Below are positions 35,818-47,934 of a DNA stretch of 64,000 bases, in pieces. Source of the DNA: Camelus dromedarius (Eukaryota); the NCBI RefSeq assembly GCF_036321535.1, contig NC_087452.1, positions 41,974,001 to 42,038,000 on the forward strand, written 5' to 3'. The notes under the pieces were generated by a model. It ran no database searches, had not been told where the DNA came from, and saw nothing but the letters and a program-made list of their open reading frames with translations. The first letter of the stretch is position 1. The number at the start of each line of letters is the position of its first letter. A program made the position numbers and the translations under genes.

Positions 35818-38674
35818 AAGAGCAGCAAGGATAAAACATCCTAGGATCTTCCTTCTTACTGCCCTTTCCCCTCCCACCACTGTGAGGCTTTTCCCTGCAG
35901 CCGTCAGGGACCTGGACACAGAAACAGATGGGGATGTATCTGAAGAAATATGCTTGAGGTTATACGTTATCAGCTCTTTTTTTTTTTTAAAGACAAAAGG
36001 GTGCCGATCACAATTTCTGATTCCATCTAAATCCAGATCAGAGCGGTGGGCTAGAGTCTATTAGACCAGTCTCTCCCGTCTGCACTGGCAGATACACGTG
36101 AACAAGGAGGTCGAGGGACCACTTTGGGGAAGGCTGGGCGGGTGGTAAGGAGGCTCTCCCTAAGAGCGCGCCAAGCCAAGACTGGAGAGGGGGCTGCTTC
36201 CATCGTCTCTGAAAGGCCATCCGGAAGTAGACCTGTCTTTACATGTTCCACCAAACAGGAGCAGGTCATCTCACATTTCTCCAAGGATGCAGGCCCTCCC
36301 ACAGGAGGTAAGGTTCCCCACCCCTGCCCCACGCCAGCTCTTAAGACACATAAATCGTTATGAAATCAGCTCAACCAAAATTTCCCAGCAATGAACTGAA
36401 ATTCAGCAACACCAAGCAATACACATAAAAGTTCCCAAATCAAACATTCCCCCCACCATGGGAAACACAAGTTTTTAAAGAGTAAAAGGAACAGGAGTCG
36501 GAGCACCCCGCCCACTGAACATTTCTTCCACCTTTTAGATGCATCCCATTCTCCCCGCCTCAAATTTTTTTTCTGGAACTAAAAATAACAAACTTTATTA
36601 AATATCTTTTCCTCACTAAAAGCCATGTTTGGGCTTGAGATTAAATAGCATGAATTCTTTACAACTACATTTGTTTTAAAAAGTAAATAACGATCGAGTG
36701 AAAAAGAATCCCAGATGTTTCCAATACAACACGAAGGCGACAGCACAAGGTAATCCTGAAGCAAGGCCTTCGGGAAGAAAGACCAATATGAGAATCGTTT
36801 AGGGCCCTATTTATATTCCGAGTGACATTCGTGACTGCATGGAAATGTGTCTGTGTTTCCACAGATCTCCTCAGATCTCACACGTTCTGTTCACTTAGCC
36901 ATCACTTCACCGGAAGAAGCTTCAAAGCTGCACAGTCGATGTGGAAATGGAAGCTTTTATTAATTTTTCCTCTTGAATTACAACCTAATTAAAAAGAGAA
37001 CTGAAGCAGATAATTCAGGAGAAGTTTCCAGTGGACAGGAGAGGGGAAAAGGCCGGTTATCTCAGAATTTAAAAGGCTGGAAAGGACTTTTCCGTGCCAC
37101 TTATTTTATGCCTTTTAAGGATACATTAGAAACGAAAGGCAGACAGGGCTGGAAAAACCCGTTTAGATGATATGCTCAGGGCAGAAATAGTTGGTTCCAC
37201 TGCGGGTCCTGGGCTTTGTGCAGTCACATTTTATGGGCTCTGGGGAGCCCAAGTCCGCCCTTGGCCTCTGAAGGCCACAGAAAGATCTGCTGCTCTCCCA
37301 GCTGCCCGGCGGGAGGGCAGGAACACCCCTCGGCTCAGATGAGGCCTAAGTCACCATTTGGTTTTTATGAGTATAGTCACTCAATGTCCAGCCAGGATTC
37401 CTTTCGCACTTGAGACAACTGAAAGGATGAACCAAGGCTCCAGCACCCCTACCCAAGGTAGAAGCGAGAAGCAAGGGCAGTGAGGCTGAGGCGCTCAGCC
37501 ACGTGCACCCACAGGGCGTGGGAGTGCTCACCCTGTCCGCAGGCGGGGGTAGCACGGGAAGCACGTGGCCGCACCCCTCTGCTCTGCCCTGCTGCACTGT
37601 GTCAGTGGAGCAGTGCTCAGGGCTGACTGCCCCCGGGATGTGGTCCTGAGGGGCAGGGGTCAGTCTCTGTCACCTGGACCCTAGGGCATCCCGTCTGTCC
37701 CTGGGTTCCTGAGCCGGCTTGATTATGTAATTTCTGCTTCACTTTTTTTCAGAGCAGGTACTGTGGTTGGGGCCCACATGCTCAGCTCCCATGGGCGCTC
37801 CTGCCACGTCCCATGGAGTCTTCCCCCTCCCCCTCCTCCCGCCTCAACTTCTCCAGCAGGACTTTTGATGGAAAATGACCTGAGTCAACTTCTTCTGACC
37901 CCCCCCATGCTGAACTGAAATTGCTCGCATCCAGATGGAGATCTCAACACGTCGGTGTAACTTCCATCAGCCGCCCGCTTTCCCTTGTTAAAGGAAAACA
38001 CAGTCAAGAGTCCCCATTCCCAGGAAGCGCAGAGCAGGACGGTTTAGAGCATTCTGATTAAGAGACATTAAGAGGCTGCCCCAGATCAAAGCTAAATGCA
38101 TCTTTTTCTCCCCTCTGCTTCCCCAGCCCTGGGTGACCGACCACTGAAGGGCTCTGTCACATCTTGTGCCCCTGGAGGAGAGGTCCTGGAGACAAGGGTG
38201 TAGCTTGTTTGCAGGCCCTGAAGCTCGGCCAACAACAGAATTAAAGCCACATGAGGGCCCACTGGCTCTGGGCTGCAGGCAGTGAGCCTTCCCTCGGGGG
38301 ACAGCTGACCCTTTTATCTCTTCTTCTGAGAAACACTGGTTCCAAAAGGGTCCTTTTACTGGAATCCGGGTTTTGTTTCTTGAGACAGATTTTCAGATTT
38401 AAAAACAAGCACCTTGTCCTCTCGTCCCCAACTTAATTACGGAAACCTTGAACTTTTATTGGAATAAAAAAAAATTTTTTTTAAATCCCTTAGGTATTAA
38501 TAACTTGTTTCTACGATGCTCAAAGCACTTTGCAGACAGCTCCACTTTGGCGAGCAGACACGGAAGGGGCGGGATGGTCCTCAGAGAGCTTTTCTGCAGC
38601 AGTGCTTTGTCACCAGGGCTGGGATGGTCCTGGATAGTCAGCAAAACAGCCCGGCCCCCAGGGTAGGAGGACAG

Positions 38675-38905
38675 GCTCTGGGGTCAAACGAATTGGGCTT
38701 GGGGCCTCCTCACTGCTTTCAGCTCCTAAGAGCTTAGGCAAAGTCACTCTCCTGTCTGGGCCCCAGTTCTTCGGGAGTAAAAGGGGACAATGACAGCACG
38801 TCCGTCACTGGGCTGCGGGGAGGACCCACAGACAACTGGGGAGAGAGCTTCCAGCAGTGCTCGGGGGGAGCAAGCCCTCAGTCATTGCTTGCCATCACCA
38901 TCAGT
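38675..38905 (+). mobile_element. MIR SINE
   Basis: 'gctctggggtcaaacgaattgggcttg...ttaggcaaagtcactctcctgtctgggccccagttcttc'. Confidence 0.6.
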
Positions 38906-40592
38906 GCTATTTCTGTGACTCTCACTATTTGTCAGTTTCCCTTAAATAGGAGACGACGGATAAAGTCAAACTAAACATACCAGCAGGTGTGGGTCTGGTG
39001 GACCACGTGGTTAAACACCTACCTGCTGAAGGCTGACAGTCACTTATTCTCCTCACACTGCTCTGAGCCACCTCTACACCTGCAAGCAGGACATTCTAGA
39101 ATCTGCTACTGACAAACAGGAATGGAGTGGGTGAGCCACACCAGTGGCACGGGGTGTGGGTCTCCGGCTGGGGTGACAGCAGCCCGTGGCTGCTTCAGCT
39201 TCCTCACCAGAAAGAGCCTCACTCATGGACGTCCTTTTATCACCAAGAGTCCAAAGGCAAGTGTGTCCAGCTGCCCCTGCCTCCCTCTCCATTAGCCTTG
39301 ACTCAAGGGTCCCTTCAGGGGAGCTGAATCCAGGGAAATATTCCCTGTGCAAAAAGACCCTTGAAGGCAAGTCCAGAGCGAGGTCCTCTAGAAGGTTCAG
39401 AGGATGTGTTCCAGCTCCAGAAGGCTCTCTGTAGGTCTGGACCAAGTGGCTCTGATGCTACTGGGGCCCTGATGCCAACGTGGACCCAACTCTCCACCAT
39501 GACCTCAGACTCGGCGCCTCTGTGCAGGGGGAGTGGAGACCCCCCGCCGCCGGGGAGCCCTCCCTGTGCACTGAAGGCATGCAGCTGAGAAGCCCGGGAC
39601 CTTAAGAGGTCTGCACAGCTAACAGTCACCATTCAGATGGGAAATGGCCGTGGAACGTCAGGGATCCTTCCAAAGGCTTCAAGAAACCAACTCTGAGACC
39701 AAGAAGGGACAACTCAGGAAGTTTAGGAAAAGGTAACCACATCCCGGGGCGGGGGAGGGTGTTCAACGGCTTTATAGCTTATTTGTTAAAACCCTGAGCT
39801 TTAATTTCAGATTGGATCTTAACGTAACAATCCTTGGCTGCAAGATCTGGATGACTATGGAGTAACAGGAAAGAATAAGAGGGGAAAACCCAGCAAAGGT
39901 GACCCTTGGGATTGATATTTTATTACACCACACTTGATTCTAACCCAGAGGTCAAAAAGCAATAGGATTTTACTCTTTACTTAACCTGGACCTTCTCCAA
40001 CCATTTTTAAAGTTAGAACATGCTGAGGACATGAAGAGGATTCACAACTCAGGGAGAGAGCTGACTTTGGTGGGGAGTGGCAAACGAAAAGGAAATATGC
40101 TATTAACAGTCTTAAAAGAAATACCTACCCTCTGAAGAATACCAGCACTGAAAATAAACTTCACATAAACGTAAAATAAACTTTTACGAGCAATCATCTC
40201 CCGGTGCTGATTTTTTTTTTTCTTCCCATCTGACTCAAACATAAGCCAGGCAGGATGTTGAATGCGATGAACTTTTCACTTTTTAGATAGTAAGAGGAAT
40301 GTTGTAGGTCCTAGGTGAAATATAAATAAACTTCAAAACTGGTCTTCAGTGAGGTCAAATTTTCAGCAGGATGTGACTGTCAAGAGAGTCCTGGGCTCCC
40401 CTTGTGGAGTGATTGTCCAGAAGCCCGGCTCACTCTGCCTGGCTCCAAGGTCCTCTGAACAAATACTTGTGGGGTGATTGATGACCCACCCCGCAGAGCA
40501 CCCCTCTTCTTCCTCCGCTCCCACCACATCCAAGGTTACCTGACTGTCCACTCAGGCCCCTCACTATGATGCCCTATGTCGAGAACACATCA

Positions 40593-41092
40593 CATTCTCT
40601 GCTGTCTATCTAACATGTGTTCTCTGCCTCCAACTCATCTGCTTTTTTATAATGCGACCTTGACACTCTTCCCACCAAGAGGTCAGGTCTACATGCCTTC
40701 CCCTGGAACTTGGGCAGCCATGACTTTCTCGAACACCAGAAGTGACGCCCTGCGACTCGAGGCTTCCTCATACAAATGTCATGTGCTTCCACTCTGCTCT
40801 CTTGAGAGTCTCCCTGGGAACGCCACCACCATGCTGGGAGGAAACCCAACACCTTGAGAGACTGTGTGCAGGTAGCCTCCCCCGAGGGTCCTGCCCCTGC
40901 CAGATACATGAGGGAAGGTGCCCTGGATGATACAGCATCTCCTTGGTAAGGCCCCAGACACCGTGGAGCACCAACAAGCCCTGCCTCTGTGCTCAATCTG
41001 TACGACCCCCGGAATCCAGGAGCAAAATAAAATAATCCCTTCACACCCCCAGGTTTGGGAGTGGTTGTTACAGAGCAAGAGTAACTGGGCGA
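40593..41092 (+). mobile_element. MLT1G/H-like MaLR solo LTR
   Basis: 'aatgcgaccttgacactcttcccaccaagaggtc...ccaccaccatgctgggaggaaaccc...ggtttgggagtggttgttacagagcaagagtaactg'. Confidence 0.8.
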
Positions 41093-41234
41093 TCACGCCT
41101 CTGTGAACAGCATTACAGATTTGAATGAGAACCCCAAGTCACAAGGCAGCCAGGTGTTAACACACGCGGAAAGAGGGTGGTCCCAGAGCAGGAGATGAGG
41201 TTAAAATCCCCGTGGTCATTAACCCTCTAGGGAG

Positions 41235-41380
41235 CCTGGGCCACTCACTGCTCTGAGGCCTTCATTGTACAAACTATAAAATGGGGCCAACAGAACCTAG
41301 TAAGACCACTGTAAGGACTAAGTGAGACACAGCAGACAAAGACCCTTTGAGAGGTGTGACGTGTGAGGCATTATTAACAT
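41235..41380 (+). mobile_element. MIR SINE
   Basis: 'ctctgaggccttcattgtacaaactataaaatggggccaacag...gtaaggactaagtgaga'. Confidence 0.6.
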
Positions 41381-41702
41381 CAGATGTGAGGCCCTTTCAA
41401 CATCATATACATCTTCATCTTAGACACACGAATTCCATGACTCCACAGTGCATGTAAAGGTCTACTGAAAAAGTAGAATGAGGGATGGTGACGAAAGCAG
41501 CAGCAGGGAAAAGCAGACAAGGCTCCACAAATTACACCTGTGTCATTTTCCCTCCCTCCAGCTGATTTTTTCTCCTCTAGCACACTGACAGCCTCTGCAA
41601 AGCATCACCTTGGGTAGGTAGGAAAACGAAGCATTCTGTTCCTAAAAGCGTACGTGCACAAATGGCACACTTCACAGGTCTTTGCATGGCTCAAGGTCTG
41701 CA

Positions 41703-41940
41703 GTAATAGTAACTAAGCTGTGCTGACTTCTTCCTGCAAGTGCAATTCCAACAGCATGACACCTATTACCTCATGGAGTCCTTTTAGCAAGCCTGTTAAA
41801 TTGGTTCTAGGATTATCCCAATCTATAGGCGAGAAAACAGAGGCGCAGGGAGGTCACATCACACAGAGATGACATGGCGAAACCAGAATTCCAACGCCAG
41901 GGATTCGGAAGCAGGGCCCTGCCTTTAACCACCACGCTGT
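41703..41940 (-). mobile_element. MIR SINE
   Basis: 'gattatcccaatctataggcgagaaaacagaggcgcagggagg...ctgcctttaaccaccacgctg'. Confidence 0.7.
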
Positions 41941-42380
41941 AAGGTTTCCCCAAGGCAGTCTTCTTGAGGATAAAACGTGAACTCACATCAGTTCGTTTCC
42001 CATCTGATTACTGGGAACTTACAAAACACTCCTAATAATTTTCTGCCACTCAAGCTCCCTTGGAGAAACACAAGGGAAGGATAAAAAGGACTTTCATCAG
42101 AACATCTGTTCTGCCTCCAGCTGACTCGGTGCCTGAGTACACGTTCACACACTCAGAGGCCCTGGATGTGTTCACAGACCAGGACCCAGCAGTGTCCAGA
42201 TGAACGTTAATGAGCCACATCAGCGTGGCTCAGATCCCAGTGAAATTCTGAGACAGAACTCAACAGGCTAATCAAATAATTTCTAAAACCCCAGGAATCC
42301 CTCAGGCCCAGACCCCATGTGGGAGGCAATTTGGTTCCCTTCTTTAACTAAAAATGCTGTGTCAAAAGCCACCCATCTGA

Positions 42381-43288
42381 GGCCTAAACAAGCAATTCTT
42401 CAAGGAAGAAATACGAATGATTCAATAGGCACATGATAAAATGTTCACTATCACTAATTATCAGAGAAATGCAAATCAAAACTATAATGAGGTATCACCT
42501 CACACCAGTCAGAATGGCCATCATTCAAAAATCCACAAATGACAAATGCTGGAGAGGTTGTGGAGAAAAGGGAACCCTCTTACACTGCTGGTGGGAATGC
42601 AGTTTGGTGCAGCCACTGTGGAAACCAGTATGGAGATTCCTCAAAAGACTAGGAATAGACTTACCATATGACCCAGGAATTCCGCTCCTGGGCACATATC
42701 CAGAAGGAACCCTACTTCAAAATNNNNNNNNNNNNNNNNNNNNNNNNNNNNNNNNNNNNNNNNNNNNNNNNNNNNNNNNNNNNNNNNNNNNNNNNNNNNN
42801 NNNNNNNNNNNNNNNNNNNNNNNNNNNNNNNNNNNNNNNNNNNNNNNNNNNNNNNNNNNNNNNNNNNNNNNNNNNNNCATTTGCAGCAACATGGATGCTC
42901 CTGGAGAATGTCATTCTAAGTGAAGTAAGCCAGAAAGAGAAAGAAAAATACCATATGAGATCGCTCATATGTGGAATCTAAAACCAAACAAAACATAAAT
43001 ACAAAACAGAAACAGACTCATAGACATAGAATACAAACTTGTGGCTGACAAGGGGGCGGGGGTGGGAAGGGATAGACTGGGATTTCAAAATGTAGGATAG
43101 ATAAACAAGATTATACTGTATAGAACAGGGGAATATATACAAGATATAGATAGATAGATATACCGAGAAAAAAATGTGACAATGAATATATGTATGTTCA
43201 TGTATAACTGAAAAATTGTGCTCTACACTGGAATTTGACACAACATTGTAAAATGATTATATCTCAATAAAAAATCTTAAAAAATAAA
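42381..43288 (+). mobile_element. Young camelid-type L1, 5'-truncated (ORF2 C-terminus plus 3' UTR)
   Basis: ORF 42433-42981 ([19 protein letters not shown]...[19 protein letters not shown]) includes the ORF2p cysteine-rich domain; G-rich 3' UTR tract at 43052-43071. TSD AAAAGCCACCC(A/G)T(C/T)TGA at 42364-42380 and 43289-43305. Confidence 0.95.
42724..42877. other. N-run (154 bp) inside L1 ORF2
   Basis: Seen directly. Confidence 0.99.
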
Positions 43289-43461
43289 AAAAGCCACCCG
43301 TTTGAATTTCTGAGACTGAAGGACAGAATGAAATAAAGAAGGATGGGTCCCGTGACTGGGACAGGGACCTTCCAGCCCAGGTATCTGCTTGGCTGCCTAG
43401 GGTCTACGAAGTAGAAAGCCAGTCCCTTCCCCAGGATCTGGACCTCCTTTGCAGTCAAGAT

Positions 43462-43640
43462 CAGTGGATCTGAGATTGTGGTCCCAGGACCAGTGGCATC
43501 AACATCTCCAGGAAGTGGTTAGAAATGCACCTTCCTGGCTCCACTCCAGACCTGCTGAACCTAGGGGTGGGGCCCAGCAATCTGTATTTTAACAAGTCCT
43601 CCAAGTGATTTGGATACCTGCCAAAATCTAGAACCACCTG
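43462..43640 (+). mobile_element. MER5A hAT MITE
   Basis: 'tgtggtcccaggaccagtggcatcaacatc...ggggtggggcccagcaatctgtattttaacaag...tagaaccacctg'. Confidence 0.88.
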
Positions 43641-45222
43641 TCCCAAATGAGAGCCACAGACGTGAATTACAGGACCACACGAGGGGTCTAGTTCATCTTG
43701 TCTAAGTCCCAGCCCTTTCTCGGGCTCACGTCTACACAGTGCTCCCAGCCAACTGAATCAGCTCACACCCAGGGGTGGGGCCCCTTTAAGTTTGCTGGGA
43801 GGGCTGATGGGATGGGCTCAGCTTTCTTCTCCAATCATCTTGATCAATCATCATGTCATTCATCAGACCAAAACCACAGGCAACACAGATGTGGTCCCGT
43901 GAGACCCCCACTCAGATCCTGCGTGCTCCCTTAACCTCTCAGACAACTCATGCTGTGATAGGCGCCTCCCCTTGGCTGCCCTGCCCTGAGTGGACCCCCC
44001 CAGCAGGGAGCAGCCTCTCTGCGCACTCAGTACCTTGGTGCACCCGCTTCCGCCCTCAGCACGTGCCTCGGATGAGATAATGCCCAGCAACTAGCCCTCC
44101 AGGGTCCAGCCACCTGCTCTTCTGTTTTAAATGAACACGTCTATCTGAATAGTTCACTGTTTGACCAAGGTTCAGTCAATTCTTACCATCAAACTGACAG
44201 GTCATTATTTATAAATCAAGTCTGATGAAGTGATTGCTGTCTACAGTGGCTAAACTTTTAGGTTAAGGGAAAAACTTTTACTTTCTACATCAAATAAAAA
44301 CTTAAAAAAAAACTATCACCCCCCTCCAAATTTACATTTCCTTCTCAGTTAACATGGGTCATGTGTTTTGGGCCAGGAGAACCCCAGTTTCTTAGGAAAC
44401 TGGAGAATGGTGGGTCTACTACACAAGCCCCACTTCCGCCACGTACATTCTTAGCACGCAGTACAAACATCCGAGCCCTTATCTGAACGACTGAATTAGA
44501 GTGTTCTGTTTCTGTCCACCTCCCATCGGTGGGTGCTCATAACTGGATTCTCACTCAGCACTACTTCAGGGATATTTTTCCTAATCTCTTCTCATCTCTC
44601 TGCTCTCCGCAGTTATCCCATTCCATTCTTATTTCCCTTTTGCAATTAAAAAGAGCAAGAACTAAAATAAGAACCTTTACTTTCAGAATCTGAAGGAAGC
44701 TCTCAAAGGTCAAAGTTTGACTTGGGGAAAAGGTGCAGATGTTCCTAGTGGACCTCACCCAGGTCAACTACAGAGGTAGATCCTCCTCCTCTGGGAACCT
44801 CCTATTTTCCTTGACTGGACTCACAATGAAATATCCCAAAGTGAGTCTGCCAGATGATACCAAAGGGTGACAGCTAGCCAGAAGGAACTCAGACCTCTCC
44901 ACTTTCAGAAACACAGAGTCTCTGTGTGGTTCCGAAGAAACCTGCAAAACAATCTGCTCCCTAAACTGCTCGTTGCACTTCACGGCTGCATCTTTCTCCC
45001 ACTCCTGTCCCAGCGGGTCCCACCCAGCAGAGATCCAGTTTGAGAATCTTTTGGACACTCAAGATGTAAGAATAGCAACAGCCAGAAGAGCCTGCAGGGC
45101 CCCAGAGCTGTCCAGGAAAAGCAGCCAAGCACTTGGGAGGTGAATCCCGTGGGTATTTGCTGTATCCTTGAGGAGGCAGTCAGCCAAGGTCAAGAGTGGC
45201 CAAGCCCAGGGAAGAAATGCTA

Positions 45223-45882
45223 AGACTCTGGGGGATCGAGGCAGCTGCCTTGGGACACGGCAAAAATCACTGACCAACCCCACTTGGAGGGAGCTGGTTT
45301 CTCACAATTGCATGACCCTCAGATAGTTTAAAACTTCTCACTGGCGCGACTCAATAACACACATTCTCAAAGCTGGAGGACTAACATTTTGTCATCAGCA
45401 TAAGTTGGAGGCCACATCTAGCCTCATGTTTGGCCACCACTTTGCCCCCTGGAGCCCATAATCTATCACATCAAGGTTTCTCAGCCTCTCTCATGCATGC
45501 AAATGCCACGTCCCAGGGCCTCTGCACACGCTCTTTCCTCTCCCTGAAATGTCTTGCTTCCCTGGATTCTCCCCTCAACTCCTTATCCATCTAACAAGCT
45601 CCAGCCCATCTCCTGTGATCCAGCTCCTCAAACTAGCACCCTCCTGGCCTTGTAGCTGTTTACAAAGCTAACCTCAGAGCCCCTCAGCACTCCACACCTG
45701 ACTGTATTTTTCTGCTTCTTTGCATCACAGTTGTGTCTCTGATCCATCTACCCACCTCGATGCTGCCTTGTACTCATAGTGTCTTATTCACCTTTGTTCT
45801 CCAAGGCCTAGAACAACACCTCCTATACAGAGGACCAGGATTTCATTAGACTCTGGGGGATCAAGGCAGCTGCTTTGGGACA
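45223..45882 (+). repeat. 35-bp dispersed direct repeat (45223-45257 and 45848-45882)
   Basis: agactctgggggatc(g/a)aggcagctgc(c/t)ttgggaca; 33/35 identical; 625 bp apart. Confidence 0.95.
45490..45835 (+). mobile_element. L2 3' fragment
   Basis: 'cccagggcctctgcacacgctctttcctctccctgaaatgtc...cttattcacctttgttctccaaggcctagaacaac'. Confidence 0.7.
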
Positions 45883-46009
45883 TTCACATGTTCATTCACA
45901 CAAACACGTTAGACCAGAGCCCAGGAAGGTGATCAATGACATCAACGTGGAGTTATTGCTGGACTCGTAGTATTATCCATGTTAGCTGCAAACTCTGCCA
46001 AAGCAATTG

Positions 46010-46250
46010 AGAGAATCACAGGATTTTCAAGAAGTAAGACACTCAGGGAGCATCTGGTCCAAGCTCCCTCTTGGTGTTGGGGACAGGGGTCCTAAGGCTC
46101 CTGCTTGAGTATCTCTGGTGATGAGAAACTCACTACCTCATGAGACCGTCGATTCCAAAGAGCAAGCCAGATCACCGTAAGCCCCAGGGATGAACACATG
46201 GAACCCATCTGGTCCACGTCTCTCTTCTCTGGGACCAAGCTGCACCGAGG
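46010..46250 (-). mobile_element. L3/CR1 3' fragment
   Basis: 'agaatcacagg...gcatctggtccaagc...cctgcttgagtatctctggtgatgagaaactcactacctca'. Confidence 0.7.
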
Positions 46251-46359
46251 ACTGGGGCTAATCCACCTCAAAGTCCCTGGTGCTTATCTCACCAAAGTGG
46301 AGCTAAAGTAGGCGACTCAAATAAGTGTGCTAAAAATAGGCTCCTAGTCTTGAAAAGAA

Positions 46360-46510
46360 TGTATGGTATTACACCAATGTCAATTTTCTAATTTTGATTA
46401 CGTACTCCAGGTATGTGAGACATATTATCATTGGGTGAAGGGCACATGAGCACTTTCTATGCCATTTTTGCAACTTCTTATCAAACTATTTCAAAATAGA
46501 AAATTAAAAA
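46360..46510 (+). mobile_element. L1MC-type 3' end
   Basis: 'accaatgtcaattttctaattttgat...tttttgcaacttcttatcaaactatttcaaaatagaaaattaaaaa'. Confidence 0.7.
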
Positions 46511-46608
46511 TACGTTATATATACACACACATGATATATACATACGTCTATATTCGTATATTTATGCATGTGTAGATAATCCATTTGTAATCATCATATA
46601 CATATATC
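46511..46608. repeat. (TA/CA)-rich low-complexity tract
   Basis: Seen directly. Confidence 0.7.
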
Positions 46609-47934
46609 TACAGAGAGAGCTGGCACAAGAAAGGACAGAAGACAGAGAGAACTGGCCATGGGAGTGGGGTCACTGCCCTGGGGTACATGCCCATAACGGA
46701 ATGCTGGGGGCGGGGGACACAGTGAGAGCTCTCGCGACCCTCATCACCTGTAAGAACCACTAAAAGATACAGCAAATGCCAATACCTCCATGGCCTTGCC
46801 CTCCCCCTCAGAGTTTTATACATGTCTTGAGACCAGAGAAGTCTGACCAGTTTCTCTGCCAGTCCCCCACTCCTACCCCACATCCACACCCCAGATATAA
46901 GAGGCACATTCCTGCTTGTCTTAATCAATCTAACCTTTAACCAGCAGCCAAGGTACCATCCCAAGCTCTCCCTAGGGAACCAGGGAAGAGGAAGTAAATA
47001 AACCCACTAGAAGCACCAGCCGTGTGCTAAGGACACTCTGGGGCGCTCCGTGATCTCCCTTAATCCTCACTACTGTCTCCTCCCACGCTGCGTCCATTCC
47101 ACGGGAGCAGAAACTCGGGGCCCAGGAGGCAGGAAACGTGTCTCAGTCACCAGCCAGCGAGTGCAGAGATGGAAGTCATGCTCCAGCTGGGTCCCCACCC
47201 ACTGCTGGCTCCTGGCCGGAGAACCACTGACCACTAGGCAGGTTTCCAGAAGCCCCAGATCCAGCCTGTTTTGGTCAAACCCTTTAACTTCACGTATGCC
47301 TTGCACTCCAACACCCATTTCGACCCCTCCTTAGGGGTGCTGTTTTAGAATGTCTGTTAATCCCATGGGCTTCTCTTAGTCATTTTCTCCCCATTAAGTC
47401 TAGGTGGGGACGGGTGGGGATGAGTGTAGCTGGAGAGCCAGGCCCTGGAATTTTGTTTTGGGCTCCAAGGTCCTTCAGTGGAAGCACCAGAGCTGCTGGC
47501 TGGCAGTGGCAGGCATACAGCAGATGCCTGTCCCAGTAAAGAGGCAGGTATACTCATCCTGGTGATGTATCACATTTTTAAAAAGACACCCACTTATCCA
47601 GGGGCTGCTTCCTCTTGTCATAAATCAGTAATAATTTAAGGACGGGGAGCGGGAGAGAGGACCATATTTTCTCCCATTAAAACCAGTAATCAATCAAGCC
47701 TGCTTAGAGTCCTGCTAAATTTAGCGTGAGATATGGGCTTTGAGAAAGTCCTCCACAGTGTAGGGGGCCACTAAAAATATAACAAAACAATTAAGTCACC
47801 ACAGGATTGATGGAGGTCTGTAAACAGTGGGACCCCGGAGACTGGCAGGAAGGTCTGCTATACCTTTAAATAGGTCTTATGGATGAGAAAGACCTACAGA
47901 AACATCTCTAGATGTCAAATATCACTAAGTTCTT

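Noticed and set aside
38981-39028. Imperfect hairpin (cagcaggt...acctgctg)
   Set aside because: Only 8 contiguous pairs; too short and mismatched for a pre-miRNA.
42433-42981. ORFs with genuine protein similarity (also 3485-3997 and 6047-6283)
   Set aside because: They are C-terminal L1 ORF2p fragments of 5'-truncated retrotransposons, not host genes.
12314-43774. Exact 18-mer atcagctcacacccaggg at 12314-12331 and 43757-43774
   Set aside because: About 0.03-0.06 such pairs are expected by chance, and the second copy resembles decayed MER5 sequence; no extension into the flanks.
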